From the human T2T-CHM13v2.0 reference genome, Homo sapiens: DNA of 64,000 bases. The stretch is from NCBI RefSeq assembly GCF_009914755.1, contig NC_060928.1; one strand, 5' to 3'. The notes beneath the pieces were generated by a model. It worked only from the letters and a program-made list of their open reading frames with translations. It was not told where the DNA came from and did not search any database. Position 1 is the stretch's first letter, and each line of letters begins with the position of its first letter. Below, piece after piece: positions 14,495 to 24,723 of this stretch. The translations under genes and the position numbers were made by a program.

Positions 14495-15747
14495 ACTTTT
14501 AATGTGGTTGGAGATTGAAGTATTTGAAAAGATGTAAAAAATGTGAATTTTTGTGTTTTTCATTTAAAATCTCATTATTATAAATTAACATTTTAGAGAT
14601 GACTGCACCTGATGTATTTGAATATCAAATTTGTAATCTCTGTTTTGAACCATAAATTGTCCAATTTCAGAGCACTACATTTCCCTAAATTTTTAAAATA
14701 ATTTCTATCACTGGTAAACTCTTAAGTATAAAGCATGTAAGGTTACATTTTTTACTGTAATCAGTAGAGAAAAAATGCAATGTAATTTCAAGATAGAAGT
14801 GATAGTATTGTTTTTATTTATTATGAAAAAACTACCTATGCATTCTGAACTTCGCTAAAGGTATTATTTCAATATTTAAAAAAATAGCCATTAGAAGATT
14901 CAAGTTTCAAAATGATGAAGCAATTGAGAGAAAATGAAAATTCTGGATAGTCTGAGCAAGCAATATGCTATAAAATACTCTAAAACTACTTCCTTTTTGT
15001 TTTTGACATTTTATGTTTTATTGTATGAAAATTCTGGAATGAAACACATACTTAAACAGGCCTTAGGAAATTCGTTCTAGATATGAATAGATTAAAACAT
15101 TTATAAGGGGGGAAAAAAAACACAGTTTAGCTGGAGTCACACAGAATTAAGCCAAAACTAAGATTTTACCAGTCACTGATTATGTGACTATGGGTTGTTT
15201 ATTATCACACATCTCTTAACTGAGGGAAATTTTTTTAAAAAACTTTCGTGGGTTTAATCTGATGACAAAAATAGATCATATATATGTTTAATTTAGTTCT
15301 GTCGTACTATACTTGGCATATAGTAAACTAAATACATGATTGCTCTTGTTCTTATTGTTATTTATTCTCAATGCAGAAGTATATTGAGGGCTGATACCTA
15401 ACCCCTGAGACCTGGTCATTTGAAGACCAAAGCATTGATTTTGATGATTTCTCAGTTACTTTATATATTTTGTTAGCTTTTTAGAAACTAACTTATCTAC
15501 ACTATTTTTCCTCCTAAACCTCATTTTACATATTTTACTTATAATCTGTACAAATATCCCTATGTTTCTGTTCTAAAGTTTTCCTTTAAACTTTGAACTC
15601 ATATATTCTACTGCATATTTGACATACCAACTTGTGTATCTCTCATGCCTATGTTGAAAACTGAACTTTTGATTAGATGCATAAACTCTCCTCTCCAAAA
15701 ACACATGCACACACACACATACAATAGTAACAAAAACACTAATCCAC

Positions 15748-16276
15748 TGTTCCAGTTACTATGGCTTAATAACACACAACTCAAATCACACCAAAATTTG
15801 GTGTCTTAAAGAATGATGATGCATATTTTGCTCATATATATGCACTTTAGGCAGGGCTTGATAGTGATAGATGGTCTCTGCTGCATTTGCTGTCAGCTAG
15901 GATCATTCCAAAGGCTAGAATCTGGAATCACCTGAAGGCATTCACGGTCTTGTCATTTGGTTGTTAGCTTTCAGCTGCAATTTTAACTGGGGCTGTCAGT
16001 TTGAACACCTACACAGCCTTCCATGTAGCTTTGACTTCCATATAACCTGATGGCTGGCTTCCAAGGGTAAGTCTCCTGAGTAAGACTGCCTTTTATGACC
16101 ATTGCACATTGCATTCTATTTGTTAATGCAGTCACCGTAATGCAGTCACCGTGATCCAGCTGGGTTCAAAGGAGGAGAAATAGACTCTTCCTCTAGATGT
16201 GGAGCTGCAAGATTCTGGAAATGGTTGTGGAATCAGAAGTGTTGCTATAGTTATTCTGGAAAATACAATCTTCCAC
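15748..16276 (-). mobile_element. MLT1 (F/G/H-like) LTR inserted in L2
   Basis: MaLR motifs (gctgtcagctagg, aaatagactc, aatacaatcttccaca); internal 14-bp duplication taatgcagtcaccg x2 at 16124-16151. Confidence 0.7.
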
Positions 16277-16454
16277 ACCAACCAAGAAACAAAGCCCAGT
16301 TTCTTTATCAGTTATTCCAATCTCAGTAAATGTCACTATCGTCTTCCTATTTGCTCAGTTCAAAAGCCAAGGAGTCAACCTGAATTTATCTTTCCTTTTT
16401 CTTTTGCTTCCCACATGAGAAGTCCAGCTGGTTTTATCACCCATATAATATAAC

Positions 16455-16612
16455 TTTATTCTTTTTGAAACAAGGTCTCACTCTGTTCCCCAAACTGTAG
16501 TGCAGTGGCTCAATCACGGCTCACTGAAATCTTGACCTCCTGGGTTCAAGCGATATTTTCACCTCAGCTTCAGGAGTAGCTGGGACTACAGGTGTGCCTA
16601 CCATGCCCCGCT
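16455..16612 (-). mobile_element. AluJ/FRAM right monomer
   Basis: gaaacaaggtctcactctgtt...gtagctgggactacagg. Confidence 0.8.
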
Positions 16613-16958
16613 GTATTATGTATCTAGAATCCTTTTCTTTCTCTCCTTTTCCTTCGTCTTTTATAAATACCAATATATTTTTCCTCCTAAACCTCACTAG
16701 TAAACTCCTGACACAGGACCTGCTACTACTTCTTTGTACCTGTTAAATCCATTCTCCACATATATGCAACTTACCGTTAGTAACAAAAATTAGCTAATGT
16801 CACTTTCTTGCTTAAAACGGCCACACATAAGCAGGAAGTATTTCTTAGTTTTTCTACATGGAGGTGTGATATGAGTATATAAAAGATATTGCTTGTGTAA
16901 AGTGGAAAAGAGTACCATCTCAAGCAAGTTTGATTAAGATCAGCAGAATATACTTTCA

Positions 16959-17273
16959 GCCGGGCGCGGTGGCTCACGCCGGTAATCCCAGCACTCTGGG
17001 AGTCCGAGACAGGCGGATCACGAGGTCAGGAGATCGAGACCATCCTGGCTAACACGGTGAAACCCCGTCTCTACTAAAAATACAAAAAATTAGCCAGGCG
17101 TTGTGGCGGGCGCCTGTAGTCCCAGCTACTCCGGAGGCTGAGGCAGGAGAATGGCGTGAACCCCGGGAGGAGGAGCTTGCAGTGAGCCGAGATTGCGCCA
17201 AGGCATTCCAGCCTGGGCTACAGGGCGAGACTCTGTCTCAAAAAAAAAAAAAAAGAAAAAAAAAAAAAGAAAA
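16959..17273 (+). mobile_element. AluY, full length
   Basis: AluY diagnostics (gagatcgagaccatcctggctaacacgg, gaatggcgtgaacc), many CpGs retained, long A tail, TSD agaat(a/g)tactttca at 16945-16958 / 17274-17287. Confidence 0.97.
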
Positions 17274-18951
17274 AGAATGTACTTTCAGCTGCTTTCTGTC
17301 TTGAAATAATACAAATGAAAAACAAAAAAAAGATTAGATGCGTTTTTTAAACACCCAGAAAACCATGTTTTCTTTTGTTAGTATTTCTAAAAAATTGTTT
17401 TATTATTTTCTCCTGTAAATAAATATACAGATTATAAGATTTTTCCTTCTCTAACCACCATTTTGAAATGGATCCTATAGGTTTATTTTTAATATATTAT
17501 ATGCATATTTAATCTTTTATGTAATTTATATCCAGTGTATAATTGCATAAAACAAGTAGCCAATTTGAAAAGCCACAAACTATTTTTATATAATTTGCTG
17601 TTTTCTATTGTGCTGCTCCATGTTCATATACAATACATTAATATTTATTCATAATCAACTGAGGATAAAAAGTAATAAGATTTTAGAAAGTTAAAACCGT
17701 ATTTCTCAATATCCTCTATATTTTTATCTGCTTTTCATGCTTGATTTTCCTTATGCTCAATAGTATTAGCACATTTACACTATTAAAAAATCCCTTCAAA
17801 TATAATCTATAACCTGTAATCTGTGATAGAAAATGCATAAAATATTTGTAAATTTGTATTTATTTACACACATACTCCTTTGGCAAGAATTTTAGGTTGC
17901 TACATTTTCTTTTCTCCAGTGATTTCATATTCTATGTGATGAAATTCACACAAGGAGTTTAAAAACAGTGCAATTTATATTTTATAAAGGCTTATTTTTC
18001 TTTTCTTTTTCTTTTGCTAGTGGCAGCCTTACTAATGACAGTTTTTATTTTTCTTCCAAACCGTGAAATAGCATGTATTGTGTATGCCTGGGGCATACAC
18101 GTATGCCTTTAAGCAATATGTGGACTGTTCTTGCTTGATGATCAAAAACTGGACAGATATGCTAAATTTACTCGTGAGATTTTATCTCTTTTCAATTGAT
18201 ACCCTTCTAATAATTTTTTAGCTATTTCATAAATTTGTGTATTATTTTAGTTTAATTGAAGGCATTTTGTATTTAAGTTATTCATAAAATAAATGACTTT
18301 TGAAGAGATTTTCTGACCTTAATAAATTTAGGACCATGTTGAAAATTAATGATTTTTTTTTTTTAAATGAGGTGTTTTAGTCAGTGTTTTTTAAATTATT
18401 TTTAAAATTATCTTGGCTCTGAAACATTACTTTTCAAATTAGTTTGCACTCACATATGATCTTAGAAGACCTCATATTTCATAGAAGCTTTTTTTAGTGG
18501 GAAATTATTCTCCGAAACAATAGCTTCCTTATTTAAAAAAATTGATAAAGTACAAAATTCACATTGTATAATACTCTATATAAGAATTCTTTCACTAATG
18601 AAATTATTCCATATCTGTACTTCAGATTTTGAAGTCATTGTGTTAGTTTTCTACTGCTTAGTAACAAATTATCACAGACTTGGCTGTTTAAAACAACATG
18701 TGTTTGTTACCTCACCATGTCTGTGAGTCATGGATCTCATCGTGGCTTGCCAGGATCTTTCCCAAGGCTGCAGTCAAGGTGTTGTCCAAGACTGGAGTCT
18801 AAGGTCTGCTTCCAAGCTCTGTAGTTTTGACAAAATTCAATTTCTTGCAGTCTGTTGAACTGTTGTTCTCAGTTCCTAGCTGGCATTGGCCTGGGGACTT
18901 CCTTCTTTTACTTTCTGGGCCTCTCCAATATGGCTGCATTCTTCATCAAAG

Positions 18952-19570
18952 TGTTACCAGAAAGGGGTCCAGATACAGACTCCAAGAGAGGGTTCTTGGA
19001 TCTCCTGCAAGAAAGAATTTGGGGCAAATCTCTAGAGTAAAGTGAAATCACGTTTATTAGGAAAGTAAATGAAGAAAGAATGGCTACTCCATAGGCAGAG
19101 CAGCAGCATAGGCTGCTCCACTGAGTGTACTTATAGTTATTTCTTGATTATATGCTAAACAAGGGATGGATTATTCATGAGTTTTCTGGGAAAGGGGTGG
19201 GCAATTTCTGGAACTGAGGGTTCCTCTCTGTTTTAGACAATATAGGGTAACTTTGGGATGGTGCCATGGCATTTGTAAACTGTCATGGTGCTGGTAAAAG
19301 TGTCTTTCAGCATGCTAATATATTATAATTAGTGTATAATAAGCAATGGGGACAACCAGAGGTCACTTTCATCACCATCTTGGTTTTGGCCGGCTTTTTT
19401 TTTTACCACAATCTGTTTTATCAGCAGGGTCTATATCTTGAAACAATCACTTATCTCATCCTGTGACTAAGAATGCCTAACCTACTAGAAATGCAGCTCA
19501 GCCGGTCTCAGCTTTATATTACATGGCCCCCATTCAAGATGGAGTTGCTCTGGTTCAAACATCTCTGACA
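18952..19570 (-). mobile_element. MER41 (B-like) solo LTR
   Basis: Reverse complement begins tgtcagagatgtttgaaccagagcaactccatcttgaat; 619 bp; TSD AAAG at 18948-18951 / 19571-19574. Confidence 0.88.
19184..19213. promoter_or_regulatory. Tandem GAS (STAT1)-like motifs in MER41
   Basis: TTCTGGGAA (19184-19192) matches TTCN3GAA; second site TTTCTGGAA (19205-19213) has one mismatch. Confidence 0.6.
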
Positions 19571-19625
19571 AAAGTGTGCAAGTAGGGAAAACCGTAATGA
19601 ATGCCAAGTTACAATCTTATGTAAC

Positions 19626-20281
19626 TGTTGGGTTTTTAATAGTCATCTTTCCTGATTTCATTCTAAACGTTCTAAAACAGTGACAAAATTCTTATTAAGT
19701 ATTGCACAGTAAATGGTAGTGCTGGCACCCTATGTCCTAATTCTTATTCCTAGAGTTACAAGCTGAGAGCTAGTCAAATTGTTCTAAGGGAAGAAAAACC
19801 TGACTCCGAATCCACCCCCATAATGAGTGGAAAAGAAAAAAATGATGGTTTTCTGTTATAAAGGGCAAGAAGGTACTTTCCCTTCCTGTCTCCTTTCAAC
19901 TCCTGGAAGGGGTATCCTCCTTTCTTTAGCCTTTTGTTCTGTAAATAAAATCTCTCTATGACACATATAAACTTTGTATCTAGTCTACAACCTAGAGGAG
20001 TCTCCAAGGTCCTGGGTCTCATTCCAAATTGAAATGTAAATTCCTTGGATTATAGATTTGCAGTCTTTCCCGGCACCTCAGGAACTCAGGCAAGAAATCT
20101 GCTCCTAGCTATAGCCATTTAGCCCCCTAAGAAGATAAGAGAAGTTCTGTCACTTTTGTAAATTAGAACAATTAACTAGACAAATGGCTATAGATCTAAT
20201 TCTCATGAAATGTGAACGTCATAGCAGCTAGAGCTATTTACCTGAACGTTGAGAAATCTAGGAAAGTTTTATTTTTACACA
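19626..20281 (+). mobile_element. Unassigned LTR-like insertion nested in MLT1
   Basis: TG...CA ends, flanks gtaac/ttaac, internal AATAAA near 19944; host MLT1 resumes on both sides. Confidence 0.45.
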
Positions 20282-20769
20282 TTAACATAATCATGGAAAT
20301 GATAAGTTATCACTTTTGTCATACTCTGTTAGTTAGAAATAAGTCATAATCAAGAGGAGAGGATTACACAAAGCCATGAATTCTAGATAATGCTAGTAAG
20401 TGGAAATTATTGGAGCCATTTTAGAATCTACTCAGCCCCAGCACAGCCACAATTGGAGACATAAATAATTTTGAAAATAAATATAGATAAAAATAATTGT
20501 ATCAACTTTTATATATAACAATGATTTTTTAAAATCTAGTTTCATATCAATATTGCCTGAAACAAAAATATTTTTGCTCAATCTGCCTGAAAAATTTAGA
20601 TTGGTAAGCAAACATTAGACTAGTCATGAATCAATATGACAATATTCTGTATTCAAGTCAGTCAAATTTAGTTTTAATTAATTTCCTTTAAAAGGTTTTG
20701 TTCTTATCTTTCCAATCAGTAGAGAATTTTAAAAAATAATGGTAATCTATACCTTACATGAATATAATA

Positions 20770-21737
20770 TTTTATGTTTATGAGGTGTTTATTCTTCTCA
20801 CACAATGTGAGGAAATTAAATTCAAATTAAGAAAAATTGTCTACTTCCTCAAAGTTACCCAACTACCAAGCAAGTTTTGCCCCTGCCCCATTGGAAGTTT
20901 TTAATAGCGAAGTCCTTAAGTCTCTCAAAAAAATCCCTGGGGTGAAAAGAGATTTTTTTTTCCTTAGATCACAGGGTGTAAGAGATCACGTGGGCTGCTT
21001 CAGTGACACGGTAAGTGGTTGGATGTTGTTTGTTACCTGGATGGGCTATAGGTGTGGACAAGGGCTAGGGTAAGCTGCGTCCACGCATGACTATGAACAG
21101 TGGGTTGATTTGGCCCAGCACTTCGTCACTCACTGAGATGCCATTGAAGTACTCCTTCAGCATCTCCCACAGCTTCCCACTGTTTTCTAACAGTGGGCTT
21201 GTCTGTGTTGAAGGCTCAGTTGCTCCATTTTCACTTTGTCATACTATTTCTGGAAATTCTCCATCCCTATGTAGTCCACCATCAGCTTGGCGAGCTCCTC
21301 GGGTCTTCTAGGTTATTCTCCTCAATCTCCTCCTGCTCCTTAGGAGTCAATACTGACAACAATGAAGCCCTTTTTCTTTTTCGGATTCAAATTTCCTACA
21401 TATTTTAGAAATCTTAAGGATCTTTTCACCCTTTTCTCAACAATCTTTATCAGGGCCTTGAGAGTAGTGTTACTTTCCAGGGTGAGTTTGACTAAGTCAT
21501 GGGATGCTGCCTGGGCTTAAGTTTTCACAGTTGTACAAGGACAAATTCCTTGTCATTGTGGACATACCAGTTTTCATCTTCACTCTCACGGCTGTGTATC
21601 ATGATCTTACCTTTTGAAATGGTTATGCCATCCTGTAGTTTCTGTATTTTTTTCATCTGGACTTTAGTTTCTTTAAAGCTCTTCTCATCCTTCACCGTCA
21701 GGGTCTCAAAGGCAATCTTTCGATCATCTGTGGAACC
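20770..21737 (-). pseudogene. CCDC65: 5'-truncated processed pseudogene of CCDC65 (DRC2, dynein regulatory complex subunit 2)
   Basis: Minus-strand translation [16 protein letters not shown]...[30 protein letters not shown]...MVDYIGMENF...[18 protein letters not shown]...KQHPTT matches the CCDC65 C-terminal half as I recall it, with no introns. Stops at 21525-21527 and 21244-21246 plus frameshifts; minus-strand AATAAA at 20788-20793. TSD not resolved. Confidence 0.9.
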
Positions 21738-22558
21738 ATGTTTAACCCATGTTTCCCAATCATAGTATCAGGAGTACTTCACATATATTTCATTATTATT
21801 TCAGTATTTTTTTTAACATGAAAAGAGTTAACAAGGAAGGGAGACTGAAAAGAATTTTCTGATAAATATATATTTTTCACACTGGTATTTCTTTTGTCCC
21901 TTCTCTCTTCCTTTCTTTCTCCTTCTTTCCTGTTTCAATAATACAATCTTCCTAAATGTATGAAGAATTAACTTCTTATGGAAACGGTGTTACTTCTATT
22001 GTTAATATTGATAGGTTTATTTCCTTGTTCTTTTTCTTATAACTACCAAGTGTAAGCTAGAAAATAAGAATTTTATTGACAAGTACTTTTACATTAAATT
22101 ATTAAGTGATAAGTAATGCATAGCAATGATACATGCTTCAGCAGACCAGACATGTACTTTTCTATAAATTACCACATTTAGTAGTTGAAAGTCCACCTAA
22201 GGATTACCCAAATGCAGAAAAAAATCTGGTTAACAATAGCGAGAACAGACAAATAAAACAAAGAGCCAGATCTTATTAAAACTGAAAGACAATTTACTGA
22301 AAAGCTTCAGTACACACAGTGACATCAGGTTTCATCCCCAGCATTCCTGTGGTAAATGAATGAAAACCAGAGATGAGGAGAGTATTCCTTCCTAGTAAAC
22401 TGGCAAATTCCAGGTCACTAGAGCTCATTGTGAACTTTATCTTACATGTAAAAAAATATAGTTTTTAAATTTTATAGTCAAATAGGCAAATAAATAATTG
22501 CTTTTCATGGTGACCAATTTTGAAATCAGAATTCTAAGGATTCTTTAGATGGTGCTAT

Positions 22559-23978
22559 TGTGTCCGGAATTGGTGGGTTCTTGGTCTCACTGACTTCAAG
22601 AATGAAGCCACGGACCCTCGCGGTGAGCGTTACAGCTCTTAAGTTGGCGCCTCTGGAGTTTGTTCCTTCTGATGTTCGGATGTGTTCGGAGTTTCTTCCT
22701 TCTGGTGGGTTCGTGGTCTCGCTGGCTCAGGAGTGAAGCTGCAGACTTTCCCGGTGAGTGTTACAGCTCTTAAGGCAGCGCGTCTGGAGTTGTTCCTTCC
22801 TCCCGGTGGGCTCGTGGTCTCGCTGGCTTCAGGAGTGAAGCTGCAGACCTTCGCGGTGAGTCTTACAGCTCATAAAGGCAGTGTGGACCCAAAGAGTGAG
22901 CAATAGCAAGATTTACCGCAAACAGCGAAAGAACAAAGATTCCACAGCGTGGAAGGGGGACCCCAGCGGGTTGCCACTGCTGGCTGGGGCAGCCTGCTTT
23001 TATTCTCTTATCAGCCCCACCCACGTCCTGCTGATTGGTAGATCCCAGTGGTCTGTTTCGACAGGGCGCTGATTGGTACCTTTACAATCCCTGAGCTAGA
23101 CACAGGGTGCTGATTGTTGTGTTTACAAACCTTGAGCTAGATACAGAGTGCCGATTGGTGTATTTACAATCCCTGAGCTAGACATAAAGTTTCTCCAAGG
23201 CCCCACCAGAGTAGCTAGATACAGAGTGTTGATTGGTGCATTCACAAACCCTGAGCTAGACACAGTGTGCTGATTGGTGTATTTACAATCCCTGAGCTAG
23301 ACATAAAGGTTCTCCACCTCCCCACCAGACTCAGGAGCCCAGCTGGCTTCACCCAGTGGATCCTGCACCTGGGCTGCAGGTGGAGCTGCCTGCCAGTCCG
23401 GCGCCCTGCGCCCGAACTCCTCAGCCCTTGGGTGGTCGATGGGATTCGGCGCCGTGGAGCAGGGGGTGGCGCTCCTCGGGGAGGCTCGGGCGCACAGGAG
23501 CCCATGGAGAGGGTGGGAGGCTCAGGCATGGCGGGCTGCAGGTCCCGAGCCCTGCCCCGCGGGAAGGCAGCTAAGGCCCGGTGAGAAATCGAGCGCAGCA
23601 CCGGTGGGCTGGCGCTGCTGGGGGACCCAGTACACCCTCCGCAGCCGCTGGCCCGGGTGCTAAGTCCCTCATTGCCTGGGGCCGGCAGGGCCCGCCGGCT
23701 GCTCTGAGTGCGGGGCCCGCCAAGCCCACGCCCACTCGGAACTCCAGCTGGCCCGCAAGCGCCACGCACAGCCCCGGTTCCCGCTCGCGCCTCTCCCTCC
23801 ACACCTCCCTGCAAGCTGAGGGAGCCGGCTCCGGCCTTGGCCAGCCCAGAAAGGGGCTCCCGGGATGCAGCAGTGGGCTGAAGGGCTCCTCAAGTGCAGC
23901 CAAAGTGGGAGCCCAGGCAGAGGAGGCGCTGAGAGCGAGCGAGGGCTGTGAGGACTACCAGCACGCTGTCACCTCTCC
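22559..23978 (-). mobile_element. LTR12C (ERV9) solo LTR
   Basis: Ends tgtgtccggaattggtggg and gcacgctgtcacctctc; ~41-bp tandem enhancer repeats containing gattgg; CpG-rich U3; TSD CTAT at 22555-22558 / 23979-23982. Confidence 0.96.
22975..23320 (-). promoter_or_regulatory. LTR12C promoter: CCAAT (NF-Y) repeat array plus AATAAAA TATA-like box
   Basis: Five gattgg copies (~23033, 23071, 23153, 23231, 23272) and minus-strand gagaataaaagcaggctg at ~22992-23009; predicted to fire leftward. Confidence 0.7.
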
Positions 23979-24723
23979 CTATGATCTGAATGTACATGTC
24001 TGCCCACAATTCATGTTAAAACCTAACCCCCAGGTGATGGTATTAAAAGAAGGATCCGTTGGGAGGTGATTAGGTCCTGAGGGAGGAGTCCTCACAAACG
24101 GGAATAATGTCCAGGTGAAAGAGGCCCCAGAAACCTGTCTTGCCATTCTGCCATGTGAGGACAGAGCCAGGAGGTCCCATCTTGGCAGCAGAGAGTGAAC
24201 CCTCATCAGACGCTGAATCTGGTGGTTCCTTTATCTTGGACATCTCAGCCTCTAGAACTGTGAGTAATAAAATTCTATTGTGTATAAATTCCCCTGTCTG
24301 TTGTAGTGTGTTATAGCTGCCCAACTAGACTGAGACAGATAACTCAGTTATTAACTGTTATTTTAATAGTTAATAACCATTATTTTAACTATCATTAAAA
24401 ACAACAACAGTTATGGTTGTCATTTTTTATGTTTGTAAATGAAAAGTCTAACTTCTTGGTAGCATTATTACTAATATTTATTAAAATAACAGAATTTATT
24501 TTTTACTAGAATACCACAGAGAATTTTATTTTATTTTTGCAAAATCTGGCCTAATAAGAGGCTGTTATTCTGCTGGTTCAAATTCCTTATCTGTAAAATA
24601 AGAAGAATTCAAAATGTATAAAATCCTTGTAGCTCAAATATTTATTGACTTTCATTCTTTCTTTTCCTCTAATATTACTGAAATACAAATAACTTTATTT
24701 TTCAAGAACAATTATATGGCAAT

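Larger units (their letters stand above)
18640..20445 (-). mobile_element. MLT1 (E/F-like) LTR split into three pieces by two nested insertions
   Basis: MaLR sequence at 18640-18951, 19575-19625 and 20287-20445 reads continuously once the inserts are removed. Confidence 0.65.
22553..24337 (+). mobile_element. MLT1A0-like LTR interrupted a few bases from its 5' end by LTR12C
   Basis: tgctat (22553-22558) continues after the LTR12 as gatctgaatg...gactgagaca (to 24337). Confidence 0.8.

Noticed and set aside
23031-23320. Regularly spaced ~41-bp repeats resembling a CRISPR-like array
   Set aside because: These are LTR12 tandem enhancer repeats; there are no unique spacers and the context is eukaryotic.
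23242-24069. Cluster of long ORFs (up to 190 aa) on both strands and CpG-island-like composition
   Set aside because: Almost entirely within the GC-rich U3 of LTR12C; stop-poor by composition, with no protein homology.
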